This document shows positions 26,921 through 36,900 of a stretch of 54,447 bases of DNA, piece by piece. The notes beneath the pieces are model-generated. The model was given only the letters and a program-made list of their open reading frames with translations, made no database searches and was not told the origin of the DNA. This DNA comes from Planctomycetota bacterium (GTDB lineage: Bacteria; Planctomycetota; Planctomycetia; Pirellulales; S012-138). The stretch spans positions 1 through 54,447 of the forward strand of contig JAJRRR010000004.1 in the NCBI GenBank assembly GCA_024279285.1, given 5' to 3'. Positions within the stretch are counted from its first letter, which is position 1. The number at the start of each line of letters is the position of its first letter. Made by a program: the position numbers and the translations under genes.

Positions 26921-27207
26921 GTGTACTTGATCTTTGTTGGTGGTTCAATGGGCCAGTTGTCTGATGGGTCGGGGCAGGTCTTGGCCGGGGCATTGCACGC
27001 GGCAGAAGCCGAAAAATCGCCCTTTTCGGCCAAACCCGGCCGGGGAACTTCTTTGCCCAACCCCTGTGGAAAGAACCAAGGTGGTGGGGAGAGGACGATT
27101 TTTGGTGTTCTTCGTAAAGCTTTAGCTAGACAGTTGTTCCCGTTGGGTCTAGAATCAAACTCAGAGGGCCGTGTTCTCACTTCCGCAGTTGCAAGGTGGT
27201 GGCAGTC

Positions 27208-29049
27208 ATGGGCCAGACAGTCAGTTCTGACGCCAACATCATTACCAAAGCGTTTGTTTACTCTCTGGTGGTTATTGTGGCTGCGTTGATAACTGGCGCA
27301 GGAGTGTGGTATTGGGCCACTTCGGCTTCTGGGGAAACAGATCACATTACTCAATTTTCCACCCCGGATGAGCCGGAAGTTTTTGACCCCCGAGCCAAAG
27401 TTCCTGTTCCTAAGGTTCGGTTTGTGGATGTGACCAAGGAGTGTGGAATTGACTTTGTCCACGAAAACGGCTCGGAAGAAGATACTCTGTTGCCGGAGAT
27501 CATGAACGCCGGGGTGGCGCTTTTTGACTACGACAACGACGGAGATCTGGACATCTTCTTTACAAACTTTGCCCCTTGGCCTTCGTCCAAACGGGCTCTG
27601 ACCGAGCGGCATGTGCAAGCCCTGTATCGCAACGAAGGCAATTGGCGTTTTACCAATGTGACGGAGGAAGCCGGACTGGATGTGACTTTGCACGCTTTTG
27701 GAGTGGCCGTGGGCGACTACGACAACGACGGCTGGGACGACCTGTATGTGTCGTGCATCCTGGGCGAGAGTCGACTGTTTCGTAACCTGGGCAACGGCAA
27801 GTTTGAAGATGTGACTGATCAGGTAGGGCTGCGTTCTCCGCCCGGGGCGTTCCACACCAGTTGTGGATTCTTTGACTACGACAACGACGGCGATCTGGAC
27901 TTGTTCGTGTGCAACTATGTGGTCTGGTCCGAACAAGTCAACAAAGCCCTGTTTTTCCGCATAGAGAACGGGATCCGAGGCGTGGTCAATCCTCGCAACT
28001 TCGCCGGAACCCACTGCTACTTGTATCGCAACGACGGGGGTGTGTTCAGCGATGTTTCCGAACAAGCCGGAATCCATGTCTTCAATGTGGACAACAAACC
28101 TTTAGGAAAAGCCCTGGGCGTGATCTTCGTAGATTTGAACCACGACGGATGGACCGACATTGTGGTGGCCAATGACACCGTGCGAAACTTCGCCTTTATC
28201 AACCAAGGGGACGGCACCTTCGTTGAACGCGGCCGGGAAATCCAAGTGGCTTTTGATTCCTACGGCAACGCCCGAAGCGGCATGGGTATTGATGTGGCCG
28301 ACTTTCGCAACAACGGCACCTGGGGCATTGCCATTGGAAACTTCTCCGGGGAGATGAGCGCCCTTTTTGTCTCCAGCCCTCGCCACCTGGTCTTCACCGA
28401 CGAGGCCCCTGTGGCTGGGATCGGAGCTCCTACGGCTAGGCCACTTACCTTCGGCGTGTGCTTCTTTGACTTTGACCTGGACGGATGGCTGGACTATGCC
28501 CAAGCCAACGGCCATGTGGAGCCGGAAATCGCCCGAAGCGAAGAGGACATGACCTATCCTCAACCTCCCCAGTTATTCTGGAACTGCGGAGCATACCTCA
28601 AAGAAACTCTGTGTGATTTCATTGAGCTGAAAGAGGAAGACATTGGTCCGGACTTCTTCAAGCCCATCGTGGGCCGAGGGCTGGCTTACGGCGATCTGGA
28701 CGGCGATGGGGACCTGGATCTGGTGATTGCCGGAGTGGGTTCAGCGCCTCGAATCCTGCGCAACGATCAGCAACTTGGTCATCACTGGCTGCGCATCCAT
28801 CTGGAAGGCACCCATTGCAACCGCAACGCCTATGGAGCTTTGGTCGTGGCTCAGGCGGGCAAGTTGCGAATGCGCCGCGTGGTTTCGGCCACCCGAAGCT
28901 ACCTGACCCAATGCGAGCCCACGGTTACCTTCGGGCTGGGCAAATACAACAAGCCGGTGGAGGTGGAAATCACCTGGCCTTGCGGCAAAAAACAAACTCT
29001 TGAATTGGAACCCGATCGGCTGCACACCATCCGAGAACCGCAGGAGTAA
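27208..29049 (+). CDS. CRTAC1-family protein: membrane anchor + FG-GAP/VCBS beta-propeller repeats + ASPIC/UnbV C-terminal domain
   Basis: Repeated FDYDNDGDLD / GDYDNDGWDD / DLNHDGWTD / GDLDGDGDLD motifs. UnbV-like tail WLRIHLEGTHCNRNAYGALV...EITWPCGK. ATG 27208 is preceded by AAGGTGG; the track start 27196 is GTG. Confidence 0.85.
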   Translation: MGQTVSSDANIITKAFVYSLVVIVAALITGAGVWYWATSASGETDHITQFSTPDEPEVFDPRAKVPVPKVRFVDVTKECGIDFVHENGSEEDTLLPEIMNAGVALFDYDNDGDLDIFFTNFAPWPSSKRALTERHVQALYRNEGNWRFTNVTEEAGLDVTLHAFGVAVGDYDNDGWDDLYVSCILGESRLFRNLGNGKFEDVTDQVGLRSPPGAFHTSCGFFDYDNDGDLDLFVCNYVVWSEQVNKALFFRIENGIRGVVNPRNFAGTHCYLYRNDGGVFSDVSEQAGIHVFNVDNKPLGKALGVIFVDLNHDGWTDIVVANDTVRNFAFINQGDGTFVERGREIQVAFDSYGNARSGMGIDVADFRNNGTWGIAIGNFSGEMSALFVSSPRHLVFTDEAPVAGIGAPTARPLTFGVCFFDFDLDGWLDYAQANGHVEPEIARSEEDMTYPQPPQLFWNCGAYLKETLCDFIELKEEDIGPDFFKPIVGRGLAYGDLDGDGDLDLVIAGVGSAPRILRNDQQLGHHWLRIHLEGTHCNRNAYGALVVAQAGKLRMRRVVSATRSYLTQCEPTVTFGLGKYNKPVEVEITWPCGKKQTLELEPDRLHTIREPQE

Positions 29050-29310
29050 AGGGCCGGGAAAGCAAAAGCTCCCGGGGAAAAGGGGCGCAAGAGCAACTTG
29101 CCCCAGGAGCTTGGGCTTCCATGCTCCACAGGTTTTACGCCAACTCTTGCTCCTTGCAACACCTTGTTGCCAGGACAAGTTTCGTCCCGCGCCACGAAAA
29201 ACGGCGTGCAGTTCGGGACTTGTCAAGCCATAATCAATCTTGTACCCCTTTTCCACCAGCCATCGGAACAGGACTTTCCAGAGGTCGGTTCTTCTCCTAG
29301 AGGGTGCGCT

Positions 29311-32300
29311 ATGTTCAGGGCAAGTCGGTGGTGTGCAGTGTTGGCGGCACTGATGTTGCTGGAGCTGCCGGTTTGGGCTCAGCAGGACGCTTCTTCCCAG
29401 GGGGCGCAGGCTCAATACAACGCGGCGGTGGCGTTGTTCAATCGTCGGGCCTATGACCTGGCCGCCGAACAGTTTGAAAAGTTCCTGCAAGAGTATCCCA
29501 AACACCCCCTTGTGCCCGATGCGCTTACCTATTTGGGCATCTGCTATATCAACACGGATCAGGCCGACAAGGCCGTGCCGGTGTTGCAACAGGTGTTGAA
29601 GCGGTTCCCTCAACACAAAATGCTGGAGACGGCCTGGTTTTTCCTGGCAATGGCCCGGTGGATGGACGCAGGAGAAGACGCCGCCAAGCTCCAACTGGCC
29701 GCCCGAAGCTTGGACCAGTTCCGGCGTCGGTTTCCCAAGAGCCGTTGGGCGGATCAGGCATTGTACTACCAGGGCGAGTGCTACATGAGTGCTCGACAGT
29801 GGCCCCAAGCCGTGGCTGTGTTTGAGCAACTGCTGCAACAGTTTCCCCAAAGTCGGCTGGTGGCCCCGGCCTTGTACAATTTGGGTGTGGCCCATCAGGA
29901 ACAGAAGCGTTGGGCCGCTGCGGAGAAGGTTTTTGATCGCTTTTTGCAAGCACACTCGCAGCATCCTTTGGCCCCCGAAGTGCAACTGCGTCGCGGCGAG
30001 GTGCGCCTGGAACAGAAAAACTACGCAGCGGCCCAAACTGACTTTGCCCAAGTGGCCCAGCACACCAAGTACCCTTTGGCCGACTATGCTCAGTTTCGTT
30101 TGGGCGAAGCTCTGGCCCGAGACGGCAAGCACCAGCAGGCCTTGCAAGCCTACCAGGAGTTGACGGAGCGGTTTCCCCGGTCCCAGTTTGTTCCGGCTGC
30201 CCTACTTGAGTCGGGCAAGCTCCACTTGCGATTGAAGCAACCCCGGGCGGCCGTGGAAGTGTTGGAAAAGATTGCTACCGAGGATGCGGAGCTTCGGGCT
30301 CAGGTACATCACTGGTTGTCCCGAGCCTGGCTCCAAGCTGGCGATTTCCAACGAGCTTACCAGGTGGCCCATCAGGGAGCCCAGGACGAAAAAGCCCCTC
30401 GCCGGTGGCAAGCCCAACTTTTGATGGACCAGGCCGACGCCCTTTATGAGCAGCCGGACCGCAAAGCCCAAGCCGCCTTGCTCTATCAAAGCCTGGTGAA
30501 TCAGTTTCCCCAAAGCCCTCTGGCTGCCGAAGCCCTGTACATGGCTGCTTTGGTCCATCTGGAGCTAAAGCAATATGAACGAGCTTTGGAGCTGGTGCGG
30601 CAGTTTCGGCAAAGTTTCCCGCAGCACGAGCTTCTAGCCGACACCGGGGTGGTGGAAGCGGAGGTGCTGTTGCTTAGCGGCCAACATCTTCAGGCTGCCC
30701 AACGCTTTGCCCAGTTGTTGGAAAACCACCCCCAGCATCCCGATCGGTCTTTGTGGATGCTGCGTCAAGGTGTGGCGTTGGAACTAGGAGGCCGCCATGC
30801 TCAAGCGCTCCAACTGCTTCAAGGGGTAGTGGAGAAGTTGGAAGATGCGCAGCGTCGGGCCGAGGCGTGGCATTGGTTGGGGCGCAGTGCCGTGGGGGTG
30901 AAGCGTTGGGACCTGGCTGCCCAAGCCCTCCAAAATGCCCTCCAACAGCCCCTGTGGTCCGGAGCTGACGAGAGTTTTCTGCTGCTGGCTCATGTCCAGG
31001 CCACCCAGGGAAATCTTCAAACGGCCCTGGGCACGGTGGAAAAAATGCTCCAGCTCCTGCCTCAGTCCCCCTTGGCCGACGAGGCTTACTACCGATTGGG
31101 CCAGTACGCTGCCCAATTGGGCCGGGATCAACAGGCTCTGGAAGCATATTCCCGAGTGCTTGCCCTGTGGCCCAAGAGTCGTTGGGTTCCTTACGCCCTG
31201 TTGGGCCGAGGGCTGTTGCACTTGAACGCAGATCACCCTGAACAAGCCTGTCAGGATTTTGCCGCCCTGTTGGAGCGTTTTCCCAAGCATCCCACGGCAC
31301 AGGATGCCCTGTTGGGGCGAGGGATGAGCCATTGGGTCCTGGGCCACTACGACCAGGCAGCCGAAGATTTCCAAAACTACCTGCTCCTGTATCCCCAAGC
31401 TCCCGGGCGACATCAGGCCCGGCTCCATCTAGCGCTCTGCTATGTGGAACAGAAGCGCTGGAACCAGGCCGTGCAGGAGCTGCGCCAACTGTTGGAGCAG
31501 TTTCCCCAACACGAGCAGAACGACCGGGTGCTTTATGAATTGGGTTGGGCCTATCGGGAACAAGGCAAAATGGACCAGGCCGCCCAGGCGTTTGCCCAAC
31601 TGGTCAAGCGGTTTCCTCAAAGCCCCCTTGCTCCTGAGGCCGCCTTGCACCTGGCTCAACGCCACTACGAAGCCAAACAGTACCTCCAAGCCTTGGCCGG
31701 ATATGAGCAGGCGCTCAAGCTCTTGCAAGCCAAGCACACCAGGCCGTTGGAGCCGTCCGTGGCGAGGGAATTGGCCGAACAAGCCCTGCACAAGAAGGCA
31801 TGGACCTTGTTTCATCTGAAGCGGTACGATCAGGCTCAAGCTACTTTGCAAGAGCTGCTGCAACGCTTCCCTCGGGGCAAAACGGTATCCATGGCCCGAT
31901 TTCTCCTGGGAGAATGTGCCTTTGCCCAAGGGGACTTTCGCCAGGCGTTGCAGCAGTACGAACAAGTCGGCCCTTTGAACGAGCGAACCAATCAAGTGGT
32001 GCTGGTCCTTCACGCAGCCCAAGCCGCCAACGCCTTGGAAGAGTACAAAAGGGCCCTGGAAGTGCTTGGCAACATGGACCAATGGAAGCAGGAAAAGCTC
32101 TACCCGGAGCTGCTGTTTGAAAGGGCCTATGCGTTGGACCTGTTGGGCCAGAAGGAGGAAGCCCGGAGACTTTATGAACAAGTGGCCCGAGCCACCCAGC
32201 GTGAAGTGGCAGCTCGGGCCCAATTCATGCTGGGCGAATACTATTTCGGCAAAAAACAGCACCGGGAAGCCATTCGTCACTTCTTCATGGCGGCTTACGG

Positions 32301-32493
32301 ATACAACTATCCCCGGTGGCAAGCCAATGCCCTGTTCGAAGCGGCCCGATGTTTTGAAGTCTTGCGGCGTATAGACCAGGCCAAAGAATGCTATCGGGAA
32401 CTCGTGGAGAAGTTTCCCCAGAGCAACAAAGCCCCGTTGGCCAGAAAACGGTTGCAAGCCCTGGATCAAACCCCCGCCGGACAGTCCCCGTAG
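29311..32493 (+). CDS. Exported giant TPR protein built from ~20 CpoB/YbgF-type TPR units
   Basis: Signal peptide MFRASRWCAVLAALMLLELPVWAQQ. One motif recurs throughout, e.g. FEKFLQEYPKHPLVPDALTYLGICY, FEQLLQQFPQSRLVAPALYNLGVAH, YQSLVNQFPQSPLAAEALYMAALVH, FAQLVKRFPQSPLAPEAALHLAQRH, YRELVEKFPQSNKAPLA. Confidence 0.85.
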   Translation: MFRASRWCAVLAALMLLELPVWAQQDASSQGAQAQYNAAVALFNRRAYDLAAEQFEKFLQEYPKHPLVPDALTYLGICYINTDQADKAVPVLQQVLKRFPQHKMLETAWFFLAMARWMDAGEDAAKLQLAARSLDQFRRRFPKSRWADQALYYQGECYMSARQWPQAVAVFEQLLQQFPQSRLVAPALYNLGVAHQEQKRWAAAEKVFDRFLQAHSQHPLAPEVQLRRGEVRLEQKNYAAAQTDFAQVAQHTKYPLADYAQFRLGEALARDGKHQQALQAYQELTERFPRSQFVPAALLESGKLHLRLKQPRAAVEVLEKIATEDAELRAQVHHWLSRAWLQAGDFQRAYQVAHQGAQDEKAPRRWQAQLLMDQADALYEQPDRKAQAALLYQSLVNQFPQSPLAAEALYMAALVHLELKQYERALELVRQFRQSFPQHELLADTGVVEAEVLLLSGQHLQAAQRFAQLLENHPQHPDRSLWMLRQGVALELGGRHAQALQLLQGVVEKLEDAQRRAEAWHWLGRSAVGVKRWDLAAQALQNALQQPLWSGADESFLLLAHVQATQGNLQTALGTVEKMLQLLPQSPLADEAYYRLGQYAAQLGRDQQALEAYSRVLALWPKSRWVPYALLGRGLLHLNADHPEQACQDFAALLERFPKHPTAQDALLGRGMSHWVLGHYDQAAEDFQNYLLLYPQAPGRHQARLHLALCYVEQKRWNQAVQELRQLLEQFPQHEQNDRVLYELGWAYREQGKMDQAAQAFAQLVKRFPQSPLAPEAALHLAQRHYEAKQYLQALAGYEQALKLLQAKHTRPLEPSVARELAEQALHKKAWTLFHLKRYDQAQATLQELLQRFPRGKTVSMARFLLGECAFAQGDFRQALQQYEQVGPLNERTNQVVLVLHAAQAANALEEYKRALEVLGNMDQWKQEKLYPELLFERAYALDLLGQKEEARRLYEQVARATQREVAARAQFMLGEYYFGKKQHREAIRHFFMAAYGYNYPRWQANALFEAARCFEVLRRIDQAKECYRELVEKFPQSNKAPLARKRLQALDQTPAGQSP

Positions 32494-32561
32494 CCTGGAC
32501 GACTTGTGGCCTGTTTGCAGGTGTGATTTCACAGAGGCGCTTTCAGGAGTCGGCAACTTCC

Positions 32562-33470
32562 ATGCACCAGAGAAGAAGCCTCGTAGTGATGTGGCTTTTG
32601 GCTGTGTGGCTAGGCACTGGTGGCTGGGTTTGGGCTCAACAGGAGCCGGGCCCTGGGGCCACTGAAGCTCAGCGGAGGTTTGAAGCTGCTTTTGCTGACC
32701 CGGGGCCGCAAGCCAAGGCCCAGACGCCTTCTCAGGCCGACTCTCCCCAGCGCCCCTCACCACGATTAAACATCCTGGAGTTGATGCTACGCGGAGGGTG
32801 GCTGATGCTGCCCATCGTGTTCATGTCATTGGTGGTGGCGGTATATGGGATTGAGCGCACGCTGGCTCTGAGACGGCGAAGGATTTTGCCCCAGGAGCTT
32901 GTGGATCAGTTGGCCCAAGTGGCCCAAAGCCCCGGAGGGCTGGACCCTCGGCGCGTGTACCGATTGTGTCAGCGGTTGCCTTCGGCGGCTTCCAATGTCA
33001 TTCGGGCAGTGATGCTCAAGGTGGGCCGCCCTCATGCCGAGGTGGAAATGGCCGTCAAAGATGCCATGCAACGCGAGGCCGACCGACTCTATGCCAATGT
33101 GCGTCCGTTGACTCTGGCCGCCGCAGTGACGCCTTTGCTGGGCCTGTTGGGCACGGTCTGGGGGATGATCAAGGCCTTCTTTCTTACCGCTTCTGGCTAT
33201 GCCCAGGTCAACAAAGCCGAACAACTGGCCGACGGCATCTACACGGCTTTGGTGACCACTTTTGCCGGTTTGGCGGTGGCGATTCCGGCGGCAGTGCTGG
33301 CTCATTGGCTAGAAGGACGCATCCAGAGTCTGCTTCGTGAAGTGGAAGAATTGCTGCTGAACATGCTGCCTCAGTTGGAGCGTTTTGAAGGGAAGCTGCG
33401 TTTGCGGCCTTCGGGCACTCCGGCTCGGGAGCCTGAACCGGCTACCACGCCGTCTGTGGAAAAAACCTGA
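32562..33470 (+). CDS. MotA/TolQ/ExbB-family proton channel protein with an N-terminal signal-like segment and periplasmic extension
   Basis: WLMLPIVFMSLVVAVYGIER..., LTLAAAVTPLLGLLGTVWGMIKAF, TALVTTFAGLAVAIPAAVLAHW are the canonical three-TM ExbB/TolQ core. Confidence 0.88.
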   Translation: MHQRRSLVVMWLLAVWLGTGGWVWAQQEPGPGATEAQRRFEAAFADPGPQAKAQTPSQADSPQRPSPRLNILELMLRGGWLMLPIVFMSLVVAVYGIERTLALRRRRILPQELVDQLAQVAQSPGGLDPRRVYRLCQRLPSAASNVIRAVMLKVGRPHAEVEMAVKDAMQREADRLYANVRPLTLAAAVTPLLGLLGTVWGMIKAFFLTASGYAQVNKAEQLADGIYTALVTTFAGLAVAIPAAVLAHWLEGRIQSLLREVEELLLNMLPQLERFEGKLRLRPSGTPAREPEPATTPSVEKT

Positions 33471-33523
33471 TCCATCGCGCCAAAGCCAACCGTACCTGCG
33501 GAAACCACTTTTCCCGTGCAGCC

Positions 33524-33946
33524 ATGAGTGTTCAGATACGCCGGAGTCGGGTCACTGGGGCGTTGAGCCTCACACCGCTTATTGATGTGGTGTTTTTGCT
33601 GTTGATTTTTTTCCTGGTGGCCACGCGATTTGAGGAGGAGGAACGGTGGCTGGATGTGGCGTTGCCCGAGGCGGCTCAGGCTGCCCCCTTGATCTCCCGG
33701 CCTAAGGAAATCCTGGTCAACATTGACCAGCAAGGGCGTTACTTTGTGGGCACGCGGCAGTATTCCTTGCACGAGCTGGAGAAGCTGCTTCGCCAGGCGG
33801 CGGCCAGCAATCCGGGGCGCCAGCAGGTTGGCATTCGGGCCGATCGCCGCTGCCGTTGGCAACCGATCGTTACCGTCATGGACTTGTGCAACAAGGTGGG
33901 AATCCGCGACTACTATGTGCTGGCCCAGGAACCACAAGGCCCTTAG
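33524..33946 (+). CDS. ExbD/TolR-family biopolymer transport protein
   Basis: 140 aa. LSLTPLIDVVFLLLIFFLV contains the conserved TM aspartate, followed by the periplasmic domain ...ILVNIDQQGRYFV...VGIRADRRCRWQPIVTVMDLC. Confidence 0.88.
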   Translation: MSVQIRRSRVTGALSLTPLIDVVFLLLIFFLVATRFEEEERWLDVALPEAAQAAPLISRPKEILVNIDQQGRYFVGTRQYSLHELEKLLRQAAASNPGRQQVGIRADRRCRWQPIVTVMDLCNKVGIRDYYVLAQEPQGP

Positions 33947-33949
33947 CCC

Positions 33950-36900
33950 ATGAAACGCCACCGAATTCGTCGGGTGCATTGGGAATGGGAAAGCGCCTGG
34001 GATGAGCAGCTTTGGCCGATCAACGGGCTGCTGGTCATCCTGGGTGGGTGTGTGGCCGGGCTGATCGGAGCCCTGGGCGAGTTTGACCATCCCGTGTGGT
34101 TCCGCAACGCCTGGTTCCATCTGGCTGTGGTGGGAGCCACGGTGTTGGCGTTGATCGTGGGTACCTTTTGGGTCAGCACCCGACGCGGTGCCCGAAGAAT
34201 GCAACTGGCCGTGTTGATGGCCTTGGGATTGCATTTGTTGTTGGCCGTGGTGCTTTATGTGGTGCCAATTTATTTGAAAACCATTCTGGCTCGCACCCGG
34301 TCCCCGACAACCAAACAGCCGCCCAAGATCACGCTGACCAATTATGGACGCCCTCGGCCTGAGGAGTCCCTGGACCCGGAAATCACCCACCCTCAAGCTC
34401 TGCCTCAGCAGCCCACTGCTTCGGTTCCAGTGGAGGTGGAGCGATCCGCAGTGCGACATTCGCCGGTTCAGGTGTCTGCGGTTCCCCAGGTGGCTGCTTC
34501 GTCAGCTCGCCCTCGGACCCTTTCCCCCCGACGCCCTCAACACCAGACGGACTTGGCCCCTGGGGCGTCTCTACGGTGGCAAAAACCTCAGGTGTCCGAG
34601 ACCCCAAGTGTTCAAGCCCCTTTGCGTCCTTCTGTGGCCCAGCAGAAAGCCGACCAGGTGCAGCTTCACACTCAAGTGAGCAAGCGCCCCTTGGAAGCTG
34701 TACCGCTTCGGATGAAAACAAGGCCGGAGCCCTTGACTTCGGCTCGGGTGCAGGCCCAATTGCCTTCTCGCCGGGAGGTTGCTCCGCCCCAAGGGGCCCA
34801 GGTAAAAATTCGTCGTCAACGACTTGCGGCGGTGGAGGCCTCGGTCCGCGCTTCGGCCCAAGCACCGGCCAGAGCCTCTAGGGGCCAGGTGGAGTTGGCG
34901 GATTCGGCTGGAGTGCAGCGTCGTCGGATTCGGGAAGCCCCCGTCATAGAGCTGCCGAGGCTTGCACTTCCAGGTGGCAATGCGTCCTCAGGTGCCGCGT
35001 CGGTTGGGAAGGTGGCCCAAGCTCGGACGGTTCCCCATGAGCCGCAGTTGAGTTCGTCGGTCTCAGCCACTCCTGCTCGTCAAAGGGCACCCGTGCCTCA
35101 GGTGGCTGCAACCACCGCTGCGGTTCCCTCAGCGGGATCGGCCCAAGTGGCCCCTGAACCTGTGGCTCCTGGGGGTCTTTTGAACCGAAAGGAGGCTTCG
35201 GCCCGGGGTGCCACCAGCGCTGAGGCTCCGCCACCTGGCACAGGGAGAGCTTCTGCCCTAGGCTCGCAGGTGGCTTCAGCCCGACGAAGCTTGAAAGGCA
35301 AGCAGCCACTGGGCTCAGGCTCTTTGTCGGGACAAGCTGTAGCTTTGGCTCGGCAGAAGGTCAGCCCAGGTCGCCTGGCTGTTCCGGCTCCTCAAGCTAT
35401 GGCTGCTGCGGCTCAGGCCAACGGTTCCGGGTCTGGCACGCTTACTCCCACAGCTTCTTCGGGAGAGACTTCATTGGGAGAAAAGCTAAGCCCTGTTTCC
35501 GACTCCAGGCTTGCCTTCTCTGGTCAAGGGCTGAGTAGTCCTTTGGGCAAAGGCAGTTCGTCCTTGTCCCAAACGATTGCTTCGGCCGCGCAGGGTAGAG
35601 CTTCCGGCAGCTTGCAAGAAAATCCTGGTGGAGCCCGATCCCAGCATGGTTCGCTTGTGCAGCGTTCCCGAGCGGTTGCTTCTCTCCCCGAGTCAGGAGC
35701 TGCAAGTGTGAATGCCCCCCTGGCAAAAAGCTCCGGCGACGAAACCAAAAGCTCCGCCTTGTCTGAGGGTGTGGCTTCAACCACGGCTCAGGGAACAGGT
35801 TCATTGCCTGGGCGGAATAAGGCGCCGGTTGCCCTTGACCAATCGGCCACGGCGGCTCCTGGCACCGTGGCGCAGGAGCTTCCAGGTTCGGAGCATGCGG
35901 CACGCCAGGGGATTGCCGCCCGAGGGCTCAGTCTCCAAGAACGCGGCTCTGCGGAAGCTCCGGCAAAGGAAGGCACTCTACCCCGAACCAAGCCAGGTGG
36001 ACCGCTTCTGTCAGCTCCCGTGGCTCCTGTTGCTCAAGCGGAAAAGGTTGCCGGTTCTCCCAAAGCAACCGTTGCCGAAGCGGAAGGCCCTGGAGAAGCA
36101 GCATCTGAGCGCAGCTTGGGCAAACAGCCTCTGGAAGTGGTGGCCCGATCTTCAGCCTCCCACCTGGGCAGATTGTCCGGTGGAGGGACAGGGTCCGTGG
36201 TGGTGCGTCCCCGAGGACATTCGGCGGCTGAAGCAGCCTCGACCACCCGGAGGTTTCGCTTGCCTCGGGCATCAGCTCCGGGGCTGGAGGAAGTGCCGGT
36301 TGCCCGTCGGGCCCGACCTGCCTTCCAAGCCCGAGACCCCCGACGCCGAGGCCAGGTGGCCCAAAGCCGAGGTGGCTCCCCAGAAACCGAAGCCGCCGTG
36401 GAAGCCGGACTGGCTTTCCTGGCTCGCCACCAGATGCCCGATGGAAGTTGGAGCTTGCACCGGTTTGCCGAAGGCAAAGGCTATGGCCCAGGCGTGGGTA
36501 TTGCTCAAATGCACTCCGACACCGCTGCCACGGGGCTGGCCCTGCTGGCTTTTCTAGGGGCCGGATATACCCACCTGGAAGGCAAATACCGCACTCAAGT
36601 GGCTGCCGGATTGCAATGGCTCATTCGCCACCAAAAACCCAACGGCGACTTGTTCACCGGAGGCTCGCGTTATGCGTGGCTTTATAGCCACGGGATCGCG
36701 GCCATTGCGTTGTGCGAAGCTTATGGAATGACCCAGGATCCCCAGCTTCGCCTCCCGGCTCAAAAAGCTTTGCAGTTCATCGTGGCCGCTCAACATCCCA
36801 CCTTGGGCGGATGGCGTTATCGGCCTGGGGTGGGCACGGACACTTCGGTCAGTGGTTGGCAACTCATGGCCCTGAAAAGTGGCGAGCTGGCCGGACTGGA

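Noticed and set aside
26033-32763. Long shadow ORFs 26033..27289(+), 26695..28077(-), 28741..30147(-) and 31429..32763(-)
   Set aside because: Each lies antisense to a well-supported gene (the SSS transporter, the CRTAC1-like gene or the TPR protein). They cross intergenic regions without start or RBS context and have no recognisable domains.
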